Source of the DNA: Bigelowiella natans CCMP2755
Taxonomy: Eukaryota > Protista > Cercozoa
Reading direction: 5' to 3'
DNA length: 40,995 nt
Assembly: GCA_000320545.1 (NCBI GenBank)
Contig: ADNK01003519.1
Span: 1 to 40,995, forward strand
The position numbers were made by a program, and so were the translations under genes. Positions within the stretch are counted from its first letter, which is position 1; each line of letters starts with the position of its first letter. The notes beneath the pieces are model-generated. The model did not search any database. It saw only the letters and a program-made list of their open reading frames with translations, and was not told the DNA's origin. Positions 14,277-25,041 of the stretch are shown here, piece by piece.

Positions 14277-14961
14277 TTATATGGCGGTCGTCGGATCTTA
14301 GAATTTTGTTGGGTACGATAACAGGGCCAATGAACATTAACCATATTTGTCGTGCGACGACGGTACTGATTTTGCACTGAGGCGGTTGTGATGCGCTTAT
14401 ATGTTGTTGTATCGGGCGGCTAAAATAATAATGTCAGCCGCTGCTTGATCCATAGAACACGTGCCTATCTTTTATCTTGCGCGCGATGACATGCATGCGC
14501 GCGGATTTTGCCCGATCGAGGGCTGTCACGCACGCATTTATGTGCCGCGGCGGCCAGCACACGCTGCACGGCTGTTCGCCGAGCAATAGATAGAGAGATG
14601 ACAAATGTAGTGAGTAATTACTACTACGTGTGTACACAGAATAATAGAATAGTCATTACTTATTTATATTGGCGCTATTTAGCTATCATGCTAAGCACAC
14701 GTTCAATGGCTATCCTAATGGAGCTGTGCAAAGCGATAAGCATATCGTCATGTAAGTGTATGATTTAGTTATTTGAGCACTATGTGCACAGTTATCATCA
14801 TAGATATCTAGACGATTCCTGCAATGCCATAAACGTTGGCGTTATGCGCATACATAAATACAAGAAAATGTCTGAAGGGTTGCATGCATTATCTTCGCAG
14901 TTTATGTTACTAGTCATCATCGCTCAGCCTGTTTTTCGCGCTGTACACCTTCCCCCCCACA

Positions 14962-17535
14962 TCACTCATTGTTCGTAGCGAGAATAGAGAAGTAGCGACC
15001 CATCCAATATGGAAGCAGCCACGCGGCTGGATCATAGTCGGCGTGGCCATTACCTCCATCGAGCTCGAACGGATTCGTGTTCCATCGAAATTGCGATCGT
15101 TCGTTGGCGGGCAGGATTCTCATGCCAGCGACATGGCTGCGCGCAAACCTGTCCAGCTCGGGGTTGAAAACAACGTCAAGGCGGCGCGAGTTGTTTACGG
15201 GGTAGTTTGTCAGCTCCAACGGCCAGGTTTCAAGGTTCCATTTTATGTCGCGCAGCAAGCGCGAACCGGGTTCTTTCCCGTGGTCGCCAGCTTCCTCTTC
15301 TCCTTTCGGATACTCCTTCATAATTGCCATGTACATCGTGCCCCATAAGGACGACTTCTGGGGCCCGACGGCGTTCCAGGTGCGCCGGATGCTCATGCGG
15401 AAGTGTGCGTCGTACACCCGGGCAGCCGCCTGGGGCAGCGGGGCCTTTTTCCGCGCGTTCCAGAAGTAGGTGAAGTAAGGGAGGAAGGTCAGCTGGTCGT
15501 CGGAAAAGTTATCGTCGTCTGGGCAGAGGACCTTCAAGTTGACGAGATTCTGATCGTAGCCGTACTCGGCCGCTAGCGTGCGCAGGTTCTTGAGGTAGGC
15601 GGTGTTGCCGGTCATGTTCAAGGCGCTCGTGAGGTACGCAATGATCTGCATGGAGTTGAGCCCGCGCTGGTCGCTCCAGGTTCTGTTGTGGTTGAGAAAC
15701 TCCGGCCCCCAATGCCCCCACGTCGTGGGCTCTCCTGTAACGTCGATCAGGTTGTAGCCATTCCTCGCGATTTCGCCGACGACGTCGTCAGTCATTCGCC
15801 TCACTTTGCTCACCTCCTCGGGCGCCTCCGCGACTAAGTCGTGCATCAGCGTGTAGGCGAAGATGTGGCCGGTGATCTCGTCGCTGCTCGTATCTGACTT
15901 CCAGACCCACGAGGGCATCGTCGAGGAGTTGTACCATATCCGCTCCGGGGGAACGGGCTCGCCCTTTTTCACCACCGATCTCGCCGGGAGGCCCTTCCTC
16001 CCGGTGACGTTCAGCAGCCGCTCCAGAGCGGAGAAGTAGTGCCACGCAGCCTTTCGCGCGGACTCATCGCCCGTCACAGCATAGCGAAACGCCTCGGCGG
16101 CGACGGTCAGGCTGGTCCACAACCCGTCGTTATCGCTAGAGCGCTTCATGCAAGTTTCCACGTCGCCGAAGGTAGTGAGCGCACAGTCCGACGTCATGCC
16201 GTACCTATCGTGCCTTTTGATCTGCCCCTCCATCCACGAGGCCTTCTCCCCCAAGGTCCACAGCTCAGTGGTGAGGACAGAGACCCCGGCATCTGACAGG
16301 ACGGCGAGGGCTTCGGACACGCGCCCTCGGGCACGTTCGGTCGGGGACAGTTTCAGGGGGGCGATCTGGAGTATCTTTTCATGCACGGATAACCAGCGTG
16401 GGCCTGCGAGGTAACGAATGCCTGAGCACCTATCGTTGCTCCCGCCGGTGATGCTGCTTTGGCAGTCGCGAGGGTCGATGATTATGAGAGCATCTTGGGC
16501 CGCAACCCATATCTTGGATGTCGCGCGACTCCTCGCTCCTCCGGTACTAGTCAGATGGATATGCGAGAGGTTCATCAACGGCATTCCTTGGGAAGCTCCG
16601 ACGCGAGCCGTTTGCCCTGTGGAGATTTGCAGCGTATTGAGACAGACCGAGTTGACGATGTAGAGGACATCGTGGTTGCTGCCGATCTTCATCTCCGTAA
16701 CAGGAGCATCGATGGCGCCGCCATTCATATCAGCGTTGTTTATCCAGTAATTTCTCCAAGATTTTCCATCACGAACGTAAAGTTTATCCGTCGTAGCAGC
16801 GGCCAATCCATCGTCCCAAGCTTCAACGGCAGTTATGAAGTGGGCAGGTACCTCAGGGATCTGCTCACAGGAGTATCCCGATGATGCAGCATTTGGTGAA
16901 ATATCTACTCTGTACAACCCGTTCGAGCCCCCAATTATAGCTATGCCCTTCTCGGAGACAGTGGCGCTATTTGGTTCTCCAAAATCGCACTCAACCTTTG
17001 AAACTACCTTGCATGTCGGGCTGCTGCTGCTACCTTGTTCCGCGCACTCAACCACAACGGCAGTGTCTTTCACCAGTACAGCTCTCAGAGCGTCCGATTT
17101 GTCAACAAGCAGCTTTCGATCACCCGCTGCGAGAGAATGTATCTGGGACTCGTCTAGGGCGGTAGAGAACACCACTCCCCTGCCAGTGAAATCAGCGCGT
17201 TTCTGATTTCGACATCATAGAAAATACAAGCCTCATATCATGCGCTGAAATGAAATGTCACAATCCTTAGCTACCTGAAAGTCGACTTGAATACGTTTCA
17301 CGCCCTGGTTCTGAGTGGCTATATAGGACCCCTGAAGATCCGTGGGCTTGTTCTTTTGATTGATAAAATCGATTTCCGTCCAAGCCGCAGACGTAACCGG
17401 TTCCTGAGGAGCTCCGCTGAAGCGCATTCTGCGGGAGATGATCTCCTCATAGGTCGATTCGATTGTGCGGTGTTTGGGTTTAAAGGCCGCGGAGAGTTGA
17501 ATGGCGAAAGCGAGCAGCAGCCTGCCTCCCCTCAT
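14962..17535 (-). CDS. Secreted protein with N-terminal beta-propeller-like region and C-terminal (alpha/alpha)6 glycosidase-like domain of bacterial type
   Basis: Signal peptide MRGGRLLLAFAIQLSAA (start 17535). One in-frame intron (~17203-17301) joins to the 737-aa ORF. Motifs SDNDGLWTS..AAEAFRYAVTGD, GLPARS, WKSDTSSDEITGH and GPEFLNH resemble an uncharacterised bacterial six-hairpin family. CDS confidence is high; the product call is lower. Confidence 0.7.
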
Positions 17536-17947
17536 GATGGTTTGGCCCGACGGATGTCGTTGTCCCTGCGTCTGTATGGGGTACGCATACAACAGACAAA
17601 AGTCGTGCAATTCAGATGTGCGACAACATCAATTTAGTTAAAAAAATAAAAAATGAATGAAATTGTTCTAAGCACTGCACATCCGTGGAATATCGTCAAG
17701 TTCCTTCCTGAAATGACGCCCATAGGAAGGACAGCAGAAATCCTGCGCAAGCCATTCTGTTCGCAAACGAGTAATATTTTCATCGGATAAATATCCTAAT
17801 ATTGCGTCTGATGCAATCCCGTGGACACCCCATCCGAAAGTACTCATTATCGTTCAACCGTTCAAATGGTGTGCGGCAAGCCGCCCGCCCCTATTCTTTC
17901 CCCCCTCTTGAAATATTCCAAAGGCCTGTAAATTTGTCTATTGAACA

Positions 17948-19840
17948 ATGGACGAGAAGAGTGAAGACACAAACCTCACCCGCCTTGCGGACAGGCTCAA
18001 GCGCACAGACTCGATAATGGAGCCCAAAATCCTGAACTCTGTGAAGCGATTCATCCTGGCGGGCGGGACCCCAAAGCTCGCCCTTTCCCATCTCTCCAAT
18101 AGCTACCGAGGGCGCGCCGCTATGGTCAATCTGGTGGCAAAGTGGATGGAGGCGTTCGGCATGGACGCGGAGAGCATAATCGAGGACGTTATGAAGGACG
18201 AGCTAACAAGTTCGTTCGATCCTCGTAAAGGCATGGATCTTCTAGAGCAGAAGAAGATGCCTCAGTGGGTGGAAGAGGTAGGGCGGCAAGAACGCTGGAA
18301 GCCCACCTTATCGAAGCTGCAGAAGAAGCACAGCGATTGCATATTCCTGGAGCTGCTAGGAAGTGTTGACACCCCAGCGGACTCACAACAGGGGGGGGGC
18401 ACTGACAAAAAAAAAATAGCCGATCATATGACATACCAAGAGGCTCAGCAGCATATATTAGGGATAATGGGGACGATTACGGCCGCTCACTTCTCCGACC
18501 CTCACGATGTCACGTATGATCTCAACGAGGACGATGACGATGAGAGGGAGCGCGAGGAGAAAAGCGCGGCCTTCATGCCGAAAGCAATGTCTGACCTCGG
18601 CGCTTTCGCGGCATCATCGTACCCCGCCTACATATTTGTGCAGCGGCTTCTCACATCAACCGGGGTGTTTCGAGACTCCGAGATTGGCTTCTTAGCACGC
18701 CGCATGTTCCAGGACCTCCCAGCCATCGTCCTAAAGGAAATCGACGACGGCCGATTGGACATCGACTTCGACTACACAAATAGTGTGATATCCGGGCGCA
18801 AGAGACTGCATCTGATCCAGTCCGCACTCGAGGTGATGGAGAGGTCAGGCACCGCCGAGGTGCTGAGCATTAACAAGCTGCATCGTCGCTTTTGCGGCTC
18901 GGCCACGATGGTCGATTCGCAGGATCTCCAAGCTGTGCGCCGCATCAGCATCTTGAGGACCTTGCTCGACGGCTTCCTCGGTGTCTCAAATAGAAGCATG
19001 GGCCTTTCGAAAGCGGCAAGGGAGAAATGTGCAGAGCTGCTCACGCTCGTGACGACGGCGGAGTATAGGTATGGGGAGGGCATGATGCCTTATCTGCCAG
19101 AGGAAGATGTCATGGAGCACTCGCGCGAGACGCACAAGCATTTAACGGATTTGCAGGAGATCCTGAGAGCCGTCCCTGTGCTCACCCAGACGGAGGAGAA
19201 AGCCTTGGAACCGATTGTGAGAAACTGCTCGATAGCGGCGTGGGGATTTGTCAGGTGGTCTTCAAACCGGCTGAGCGCCAACGCCGACACGGCACATATC
19301 GGCGTCTGCTTCAAGACGATCCACGCCGTTATCTGGGCGCATCGCCTTCTGCACTCAGAAGTGCTGCAATGCCTGAGAGGGGTCTATGCCTCCGGAGAGC
19401 TGGGGCTGGGCAGAACGAGCTCCTCCACTTCGGACGGGTCGCTGCTAAGTCGTTTAATTGCTGATACTCTGGCGGTCCTTGCTCTATCAGGATCGTTCAG
19501 TATTGTCGTGGATGAGCTGGAAGGCCCTTTGTCCAGCGGTATGTTACCACAGAATATGGCCATCGTCGAGCTGTTCATCGCTCGATTTTTCCGCAGCATA
19601 GAGCCGCCGTTTTCGCCGGAGTTTTTGCGGAGAATGGAGGGTTTTTTGAAGTCAGATGTACTGGCGTCTCTAGCGAAGCGGAACGAGAAATGCAGGTCGC
19701 TGATTGCATCCTTCCAAGGCGTGGTGAAGAAGGAAGAGGGGAAGGCTAAAAGTAGCAGTTCCAGTGCGATGGAGATCAGCAGCGATCTGACTGAAGCAAC
19801 TAACGTGACTGGCTTGAAAAGGAAGCGTGAAGATGCTTAG
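17948..19840 (+). CDS. NELFCD: Negative elongation factor C/D (TH1-like) protein, apparently intronless
   Basis: N-terminal TH1 signature DSIMEPKI..RFILAGGTPKLALSHLSNSYRGRAAMVNLVAKWM; 630-aa uninterrupted ORF. Confidence 0.8.
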   Translation: MDEKSEDTNLTRLADRLKRTDSIMEPKILNSVKRFILAGGTPKLALSHLSNSYRGRAAMVNLVAKWMEAFGMDAESIIEDVMKDELTSSFDPRKGMDLLEQKKMPQWVEEVGRQERWKPTLSKLQKKHSDCIFLELLGSVDTPADSQQGGGTDKKKIADHMTYQEAQQHILGIMGTITAAHFSDPHDVTYDLNEDDDDEREREEKSAAFMPKAMSDLGAFAASSYPAYIFVQRLLTSTGVFRDSEIGFLARRMFQDLPAIVLKEIDDGRLDIDFDYTNSVISGRKRLHLIQSALEVMERSGTAEVLSINKLHRRFCGSATMVDSQDLQAVRRISILRTLLDGFLGVSNRSMGLSKAAREKCAELLTLVTTAEYRYGEGMMPYLPEEDVMEHSRETHKHLTDLQEILRAVPVLTQTEEKALEPIVRNCSIAAWGFVRWSSNRLSANADTAHIGVCFKTIHAVIWAHRLLHSEVLQCLRGVYASGELGLGRTSSSTSDGSLLSRLIADTLAVLALSGSFSIVVDELEGPLSSGMLPQNMAIVELFIARFFRSIEPPFSPEFLRRMEGFLKSDVLASLAKRNEKCRSLIASFQGVVKKEEGKAKSSSSSAMEISSDLTEATNVTGLKRKREDA

Positions 19841-20824
19841 TTGGCTATGATGTACGTATGTCTAAAGGCTTCCGCTTTCATGTGCATCAAGCGCTATCCT
19901 TGCCATATAAATATGAGACGGATGTAATGAAATGTTTAAATTGTTTCAATGGTCATCCTAATGTAGCTGTGCAATGCAGCGGCTACAGCGCTTAAATTGT
20001 ATCTGTTTGTTTCCTTGGTCACATGGCGCATGCATGAAAATGCATCCATATAAATATAGCATCCGTGCATGCATATATGTGGTATTATCAGGCCGTGCGA
20101 TTATACGATGTTCGGCGGCGCTGTATGTCATATTGATTCAACAATGACATTGCTATAGCTGCATGTTTCTGCTGGGTGCATGCTAGCATGGGTATAGCAA
20201 GCACACTTAAAAGGCCTGATGATCGATGGAACCTTGCTCTCCTTGCTAGCTTGCAAATTTGAGTGGCGCATATAGAGCTTCAGCAGTTGCTTTCTTCAGA
20301 TACCATCTAGCCATGTCGTGCGCATTGCATCGTAGTCGTCTAGCTAGCTAGTCGTATAAAGTATGAAGACAATAACGTGATTATTGCGGGCATCGCCACG
20401 ATGTATGTAGCGATGCGTACAGCAAAGCAGCGCGCACATCACAGCGTGCAGCTTCATCTCTAGATTTGTAATTAAGGCTAATAATTCCCAAAAACGGACA
20501 CCGAAACCCGTACAAATCCTCTTGTCCTCCCATGAACGTAGCCTTCGATCATCATTCACGCAGGGCCTACAGGTACATCCCCAGAGCAAGTTCTCCATTC
20601 AAAATTCCAATGAGGCTAGCTAGGATCAGTGTACGCCGTCACACAATATGTATAATATATATAGTGTATTGCTGTGTCTATTATCAAGAAGTCATGATGC
20701 ATTGTTCAATGAACGTCTCCTTGTTTTTGCAAGACTCGTACGCATCGCAAACCGCAATGTCGAAAATGGAATCCTCGTTCTCTTTGTCATTCTGCTCCTC
20801 AATCACTGCACTGTGGCTTGCAAA

Positions 20825-22279
20825 TCAGATTGCCGCGTTCCCCATGGACACGTTTGCTGTGGACGTGTTTGGCACGGCAGCTGGATTTCCTCTCCTCGCA
20901 CCTGCTGAGCACAGAAACTTCCACACAGAGAACGCAACACAGACACCCACCACAAAAGAGCAAACGGCGACAGCTGCAATCACACCCGAGCTCAATTTCT
21001 CCCCCTTTGCCGCCGCAGTTGGAGAGTTGGTTGTTGGAGAGTTTGTTGTTGGAGAGTTGGTTGCTGGAGAGTTGGTTGCTGGAGAGTTGGTTGCTGGAGA
21101 GTTGGTTGGAGAGTTGGTTGCTGGAGAGTTGGTTGGAGAGCTGGTTGGAGAGCTGGTTGGTGGCCTCGTGTCGATCTTCAGAACTTTGTCAGCAGAGTAA
21201 GGTGCACACCACACGTAGTTTCCCCGCCTGACACATGCTTTGTACTGATCAGTACCAGAGTAGGTACTGTCGGTGAGCTGAGTGCTGGACCCCGCGCTCG
21301 TGTCGATCTTCAGAACTTTGTCAGCAGAGTAAGGTGCACACCACACGTTGTTACTGCTCCCCAAAACACATGATGCGTACAAATTCGATCCCGAGTAGGT
21401 ACTGTCGGTGAGCTGGGTGCTGGACCCCGCGCTCGTGTCGATCTTCAGAACTTTGTCAGCAGAGTAAGGTGCACACCACACGTTGTTACTGCTCCCCAAA
21501 ACACATGATGCGTACAAATTCGATCCCGAGTAGGTTTCGGCAAGCTGAGTGCTGGAATCCGCGCTCGTGTCGATCTTCAGAACTTTGTCAGCAGAGTAAG
21601 GTGCACACCACACTGTGGCAGAAGCATATGGACCCACCGCGACACATGATTTATACTGATCAGTACCAGAGTAGGTTTCGGTAAGCTGATTGCTGGACCC
21701 CGCGTACGTGTTGATCTTCAGAACTTTGTCAGCAGAGTAAGGTGCACACCACATTGTGGAAGAAAGATTTTCAGCCACCAGGACACATGATGCGTACAAA
21801 TTCGATCCCGAGTAGGTTTCGGTAAGCTGAGTGCTGGACCCCGTTCCCAGGTCGATCTTCAGAACTTTATCAGCAGAGTAAGGTGCACAAAACACGTGCG
21901 TGCTGAATACACCTGATATCGCAGAGAAACATGATGCGTACAAAGTCGATCCCGAGTAGGTTTCGGCAAGCTGAGTGCTGGTCCCCGTGCTGGTCGGGTC
22001 GATCTTCAGAACTTTGTCAGCAGAGTAAGGTGCACAAAACGCATAGGTTCCAGTCCAGACACATGAATCGTACAAACTCGATCCCGAGTAGGTTTCGGCA
22101 AACTGAGTGCTGGACCCCGCGCTCGTGTCGATCTTCAGAACTTTGTCAGCAGAGTAAGGTGCACACAACACGTCCGCGAAGTCCCAAACACATTATTTGT
22201 ACTGATCAGTACCAGAGTAGGTACTATCGGTGAGCTGAGTGCTGCCCCACGCATCGCTAAAACGTGGAAGAATACTCAT
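20825..22279 (-). CDS. Type I membrane protein with 8 CAPYSADKVLKID repeats (probable beta-propeller), S/T/P stalk and TM helix; in-frame TAA near the 5' end (possible pseudogene)
   Basis: Eight 43-49 aa repeats, a PT(N/S)SP(A) mucin-like stalk and TM VIAAVAVCSFVVGVCVAFSVW. The frame extends upstream of the 448-aa ORF through TAA at 22193-22195 to ATG at 22279. Confidence 0.75.
21020..21163. repeat. 12/15-bp coding minisatellite (GGAGAGTTGGTT[GCT])n encoding the T/S/P stalk
   Basis: Directly visible tandem units. Confidence 0.9.
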
Positions 22280-22516
22280 CAAGAGCAGAGTCAGAATGAC
22301 CTGAGTGAGACACAGAACCAAATTTAAACATCATTAGTAACAATAGAGAGCAGCTGGAAAGCCGAAAAAATAGGCGAGCGGGAAAAGATGAACTCATCCT
22401 GACTCAACTGATCCCATTCCCTCGCAAACGGAAAGAGAAAAGGGGTTCCATGAAGAAAGAGGTGAGTCTTGACTCCCAATGAAATGATTTGTGCATTGGG
22501 TGATCCTCCAGCAAGT

Positions 22517-22724
22517 TAAGATGTGGAATACGGGAATACGTATTCCCAGCTAGCTTCGCGGAACGCGTATTCCCACGTGTTTCTGAAGAAATGCGTGGAA
22601 TACGGCAGAATGCGGATGATGAAATAATGAAATAAGCGCGTATTCCATGGCGTGTTCCAAGCGACGTTTCAAAAAGGGTATTCCAAGCGCGTATTCCTAG
22701 AACACGCACCTATTCCACATCTTA
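22517..22724. mobile_element. MITE, probably Tc1/mariner-type (TA target-site duplication)
   Basis: Perfect 14-bp inverted ends TAAGATGTGGAATA (22517-22530) and TATTCCACATCTTA (22711-22724), which read as TA + 12-bp TIR. Multiple internal GGAATAC/GTATTCC motifs; no ORF. Confidence 0.65.
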
Positions 22725-23553
22725 GCAAGCAAGTCTGCACAGGGTGCGAGTTGCACACGCACACCTTTGCAACAACCAGTGCATTTTTCATCACTTTGAT
22801 GATGCATTTGAAAGGCGAACAAGAAAAGAGAAACAGGGGAGAGGGAACCTAAGAAACCAAGAGGAGTGATCACCATTGTTTGTTCAAGTTTTCAGGAGAA
22901 GCGTTGGGGGGTACGGATTGTGCTCTCTGCAATGCGTTGTTAGGTTCCAGATCTGCCAGCAGGTTTCCAGAGCGAGAAGAAACTGTTCGCTTTGACAAAA
23001 CTGGGCGCTTTTTTCAAAATTTTGCCCGCAAATTGAATTTTCAGTCCACATGTGCACTTCCAGACTTGTCAAACAGAAATGATTTCAGGATTACTAGATC
23101 TACCAGGGCATTTTCAGACAACGACAACAGGATGTTGCTGTGAATGTTAAAAATGCCCCGTGGGCATGCCTTGCTTGACCTTGAGGCGATCTGTAGCACT
23201 ACTCGTAGATCTGTCGCTCATTGTGTGGAACAACCTGAACCACTGTCATGCGAATCCCCGAGTAAGGTGTCACTGACCGGCACCAATGTTCTCAGAACAT
23301 TTCAGTTTCAAAAGTCCAACTCATGCCACCCAGGATGCACACCTCCGGACACTCTCTGGAGACACTCCTAACGACCTCCGGACACGGACCCTCCGGACGG
23401 ATTGATGGACACCTGCCCAGGAGGAGGACAAGGGTCACTCACTCCCCTGGAATCCCGGCAGGCATGCGCGGATTCCACTCCAAACTTTCACACATGACCC
23501 CTGTGGACCATGTGTGAAAGGATCTTGGGTTGGAGCAAGTTGTGCTGCTTGCA

Positions 23554-24240
23554 TCAGTTCTTTTTCCGAGAGAGTGAAATTGCATCTTGGAACCTTTCTT
23601 GTGAACAAACCTCTTTGGTTTGAAAGTTGTGAAACTCCCATGTGACATTCACCTTGAAACACATGAACGTCATTTGCAAATGCAAGTGAAACGTGAATGA
23701 ATGAACACGATGCATCACGACACCACCACGTTGAGCGATGCATTCGGTGAGCTTCTGGTCAACAACTTCAAACCTTTCGTGGACTTTGTCTGCCTTGTCC
23801 TTCAAGACAACGCAACACAGCAAACACACTGAGTTGGAACTCGAGTTGTTGCCACCACCTGAATGTGCCAACCAAGGATGCATCACCACTGCTGTTCCCT
23901 TCAGCAAACCAATGGTGTTGCAACTTTTGTCTTCTTCATCACGTTGGCATTCGCAAATCTTGCAATCATTGTGAGTCTTGCATTCCTTGTGAGATTCGTC
24001 GCAGCAACGAATGCATCTTGGCGTGAAGGCACGCATCAATGTGCAAAGTGAATGTTTGTTGTGGAAAACTGCGTGCTCTGGGACATCGCTGGAGAAGTCA
24101 CGGTGCAACAGCTGCTTCTTGCAACCAGGTTCGGATGCAAGAATCATGTGCTTGATGGGAATGAGCTCGCAATCCACTTTGTTCGCTTGTTTCATGTGTC
24201 GACGCATGTCAAAATGAGCCCACACCAGCAGCAACAGCAT
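23554..24240 (-). pseudogene. 2OG-Fe(II) dioxygenase-like (PhyH-type DSBH) ORF inside the island
   Basis: KKQLLHRDF (HxD; His codon 24103-24105) and GTAVVMHPWLAHSGGGN (distal His 23863-23865). Tyr-free and C/H-rich. The 5' exon may lie at ~24350-24550. Confidence 0.55.
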
Positions 24241-25041
24241 GGGACATGCATGGAAAAATCATTGCAATGCGTGGAAAAATCATTGCAATTGACATTGAAG
24301 CCATCAGATGTCACACAAATGTTGCCAAAATGCAATTGAAGTGCATCATGCATGACAATTGCAATCCTGTCCACGGTGCTTGGGCACATTTGAGCTGATG
24401 CGCTGCGCAAAATTTTTTTCTGACGTGTCCTTTGCCGCACCACTCGCACCAATGTTTGTGTCCACTAGAGCTGCCACTTTTGTGTGGATTGATGAGTTTC
24501 CCAAGCTCTTGGAACCCGGCGTCTGGCATGACATGATCATTTCGCCTGCCAAGTCACAGCGGCAAGAAAACGGTGCAAAATTCATGCATTTTTGCACTGA
24601 AAATGTTTCACTTTGCACCTCAATTGGCACATCACTTTGCACTAGCTTGCACCAGGGGTGCAAACATTGCGATCTCATGTGAAAATCATTTTGCACTTTG
24701 GTGCAAATGTGCAAAATGGCATCAATTTGCACCATGAATTCAATTTGATTTCACACCGTGGTGTGAAACTTTTGCAGAATTCACACCAAGTGTGATGCGC
24801 ATCCACGCTGCGTGTGCCCGCGCCTGTGCTGCGGTCGCGCGCGCCTGTTCTCGTGCGTCCGCTCATTGGGGTGCTTCCTCAATGCTCGCAGGCAGCACAA
24901 CACGCAGCGTGCGCATGGACCACGGAGCGCAAACGTGCGCCGTGCTGTCAGCGGATCGTCGCGCGCACATGGAAACATTCATGTTCAATCACACCGCGGT
25001 GTGAAATTCAGAAAACGTTTGCACTGGGTGTGATGAGAACA

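Noticed and set aside
22193-22195. Stop-codon reassignment (TAA read as sense)
   Set aside because: It is a single instance at a position where sister repeats have TCA/GCA; a point nonsense mutation or sequencing error is simpler.
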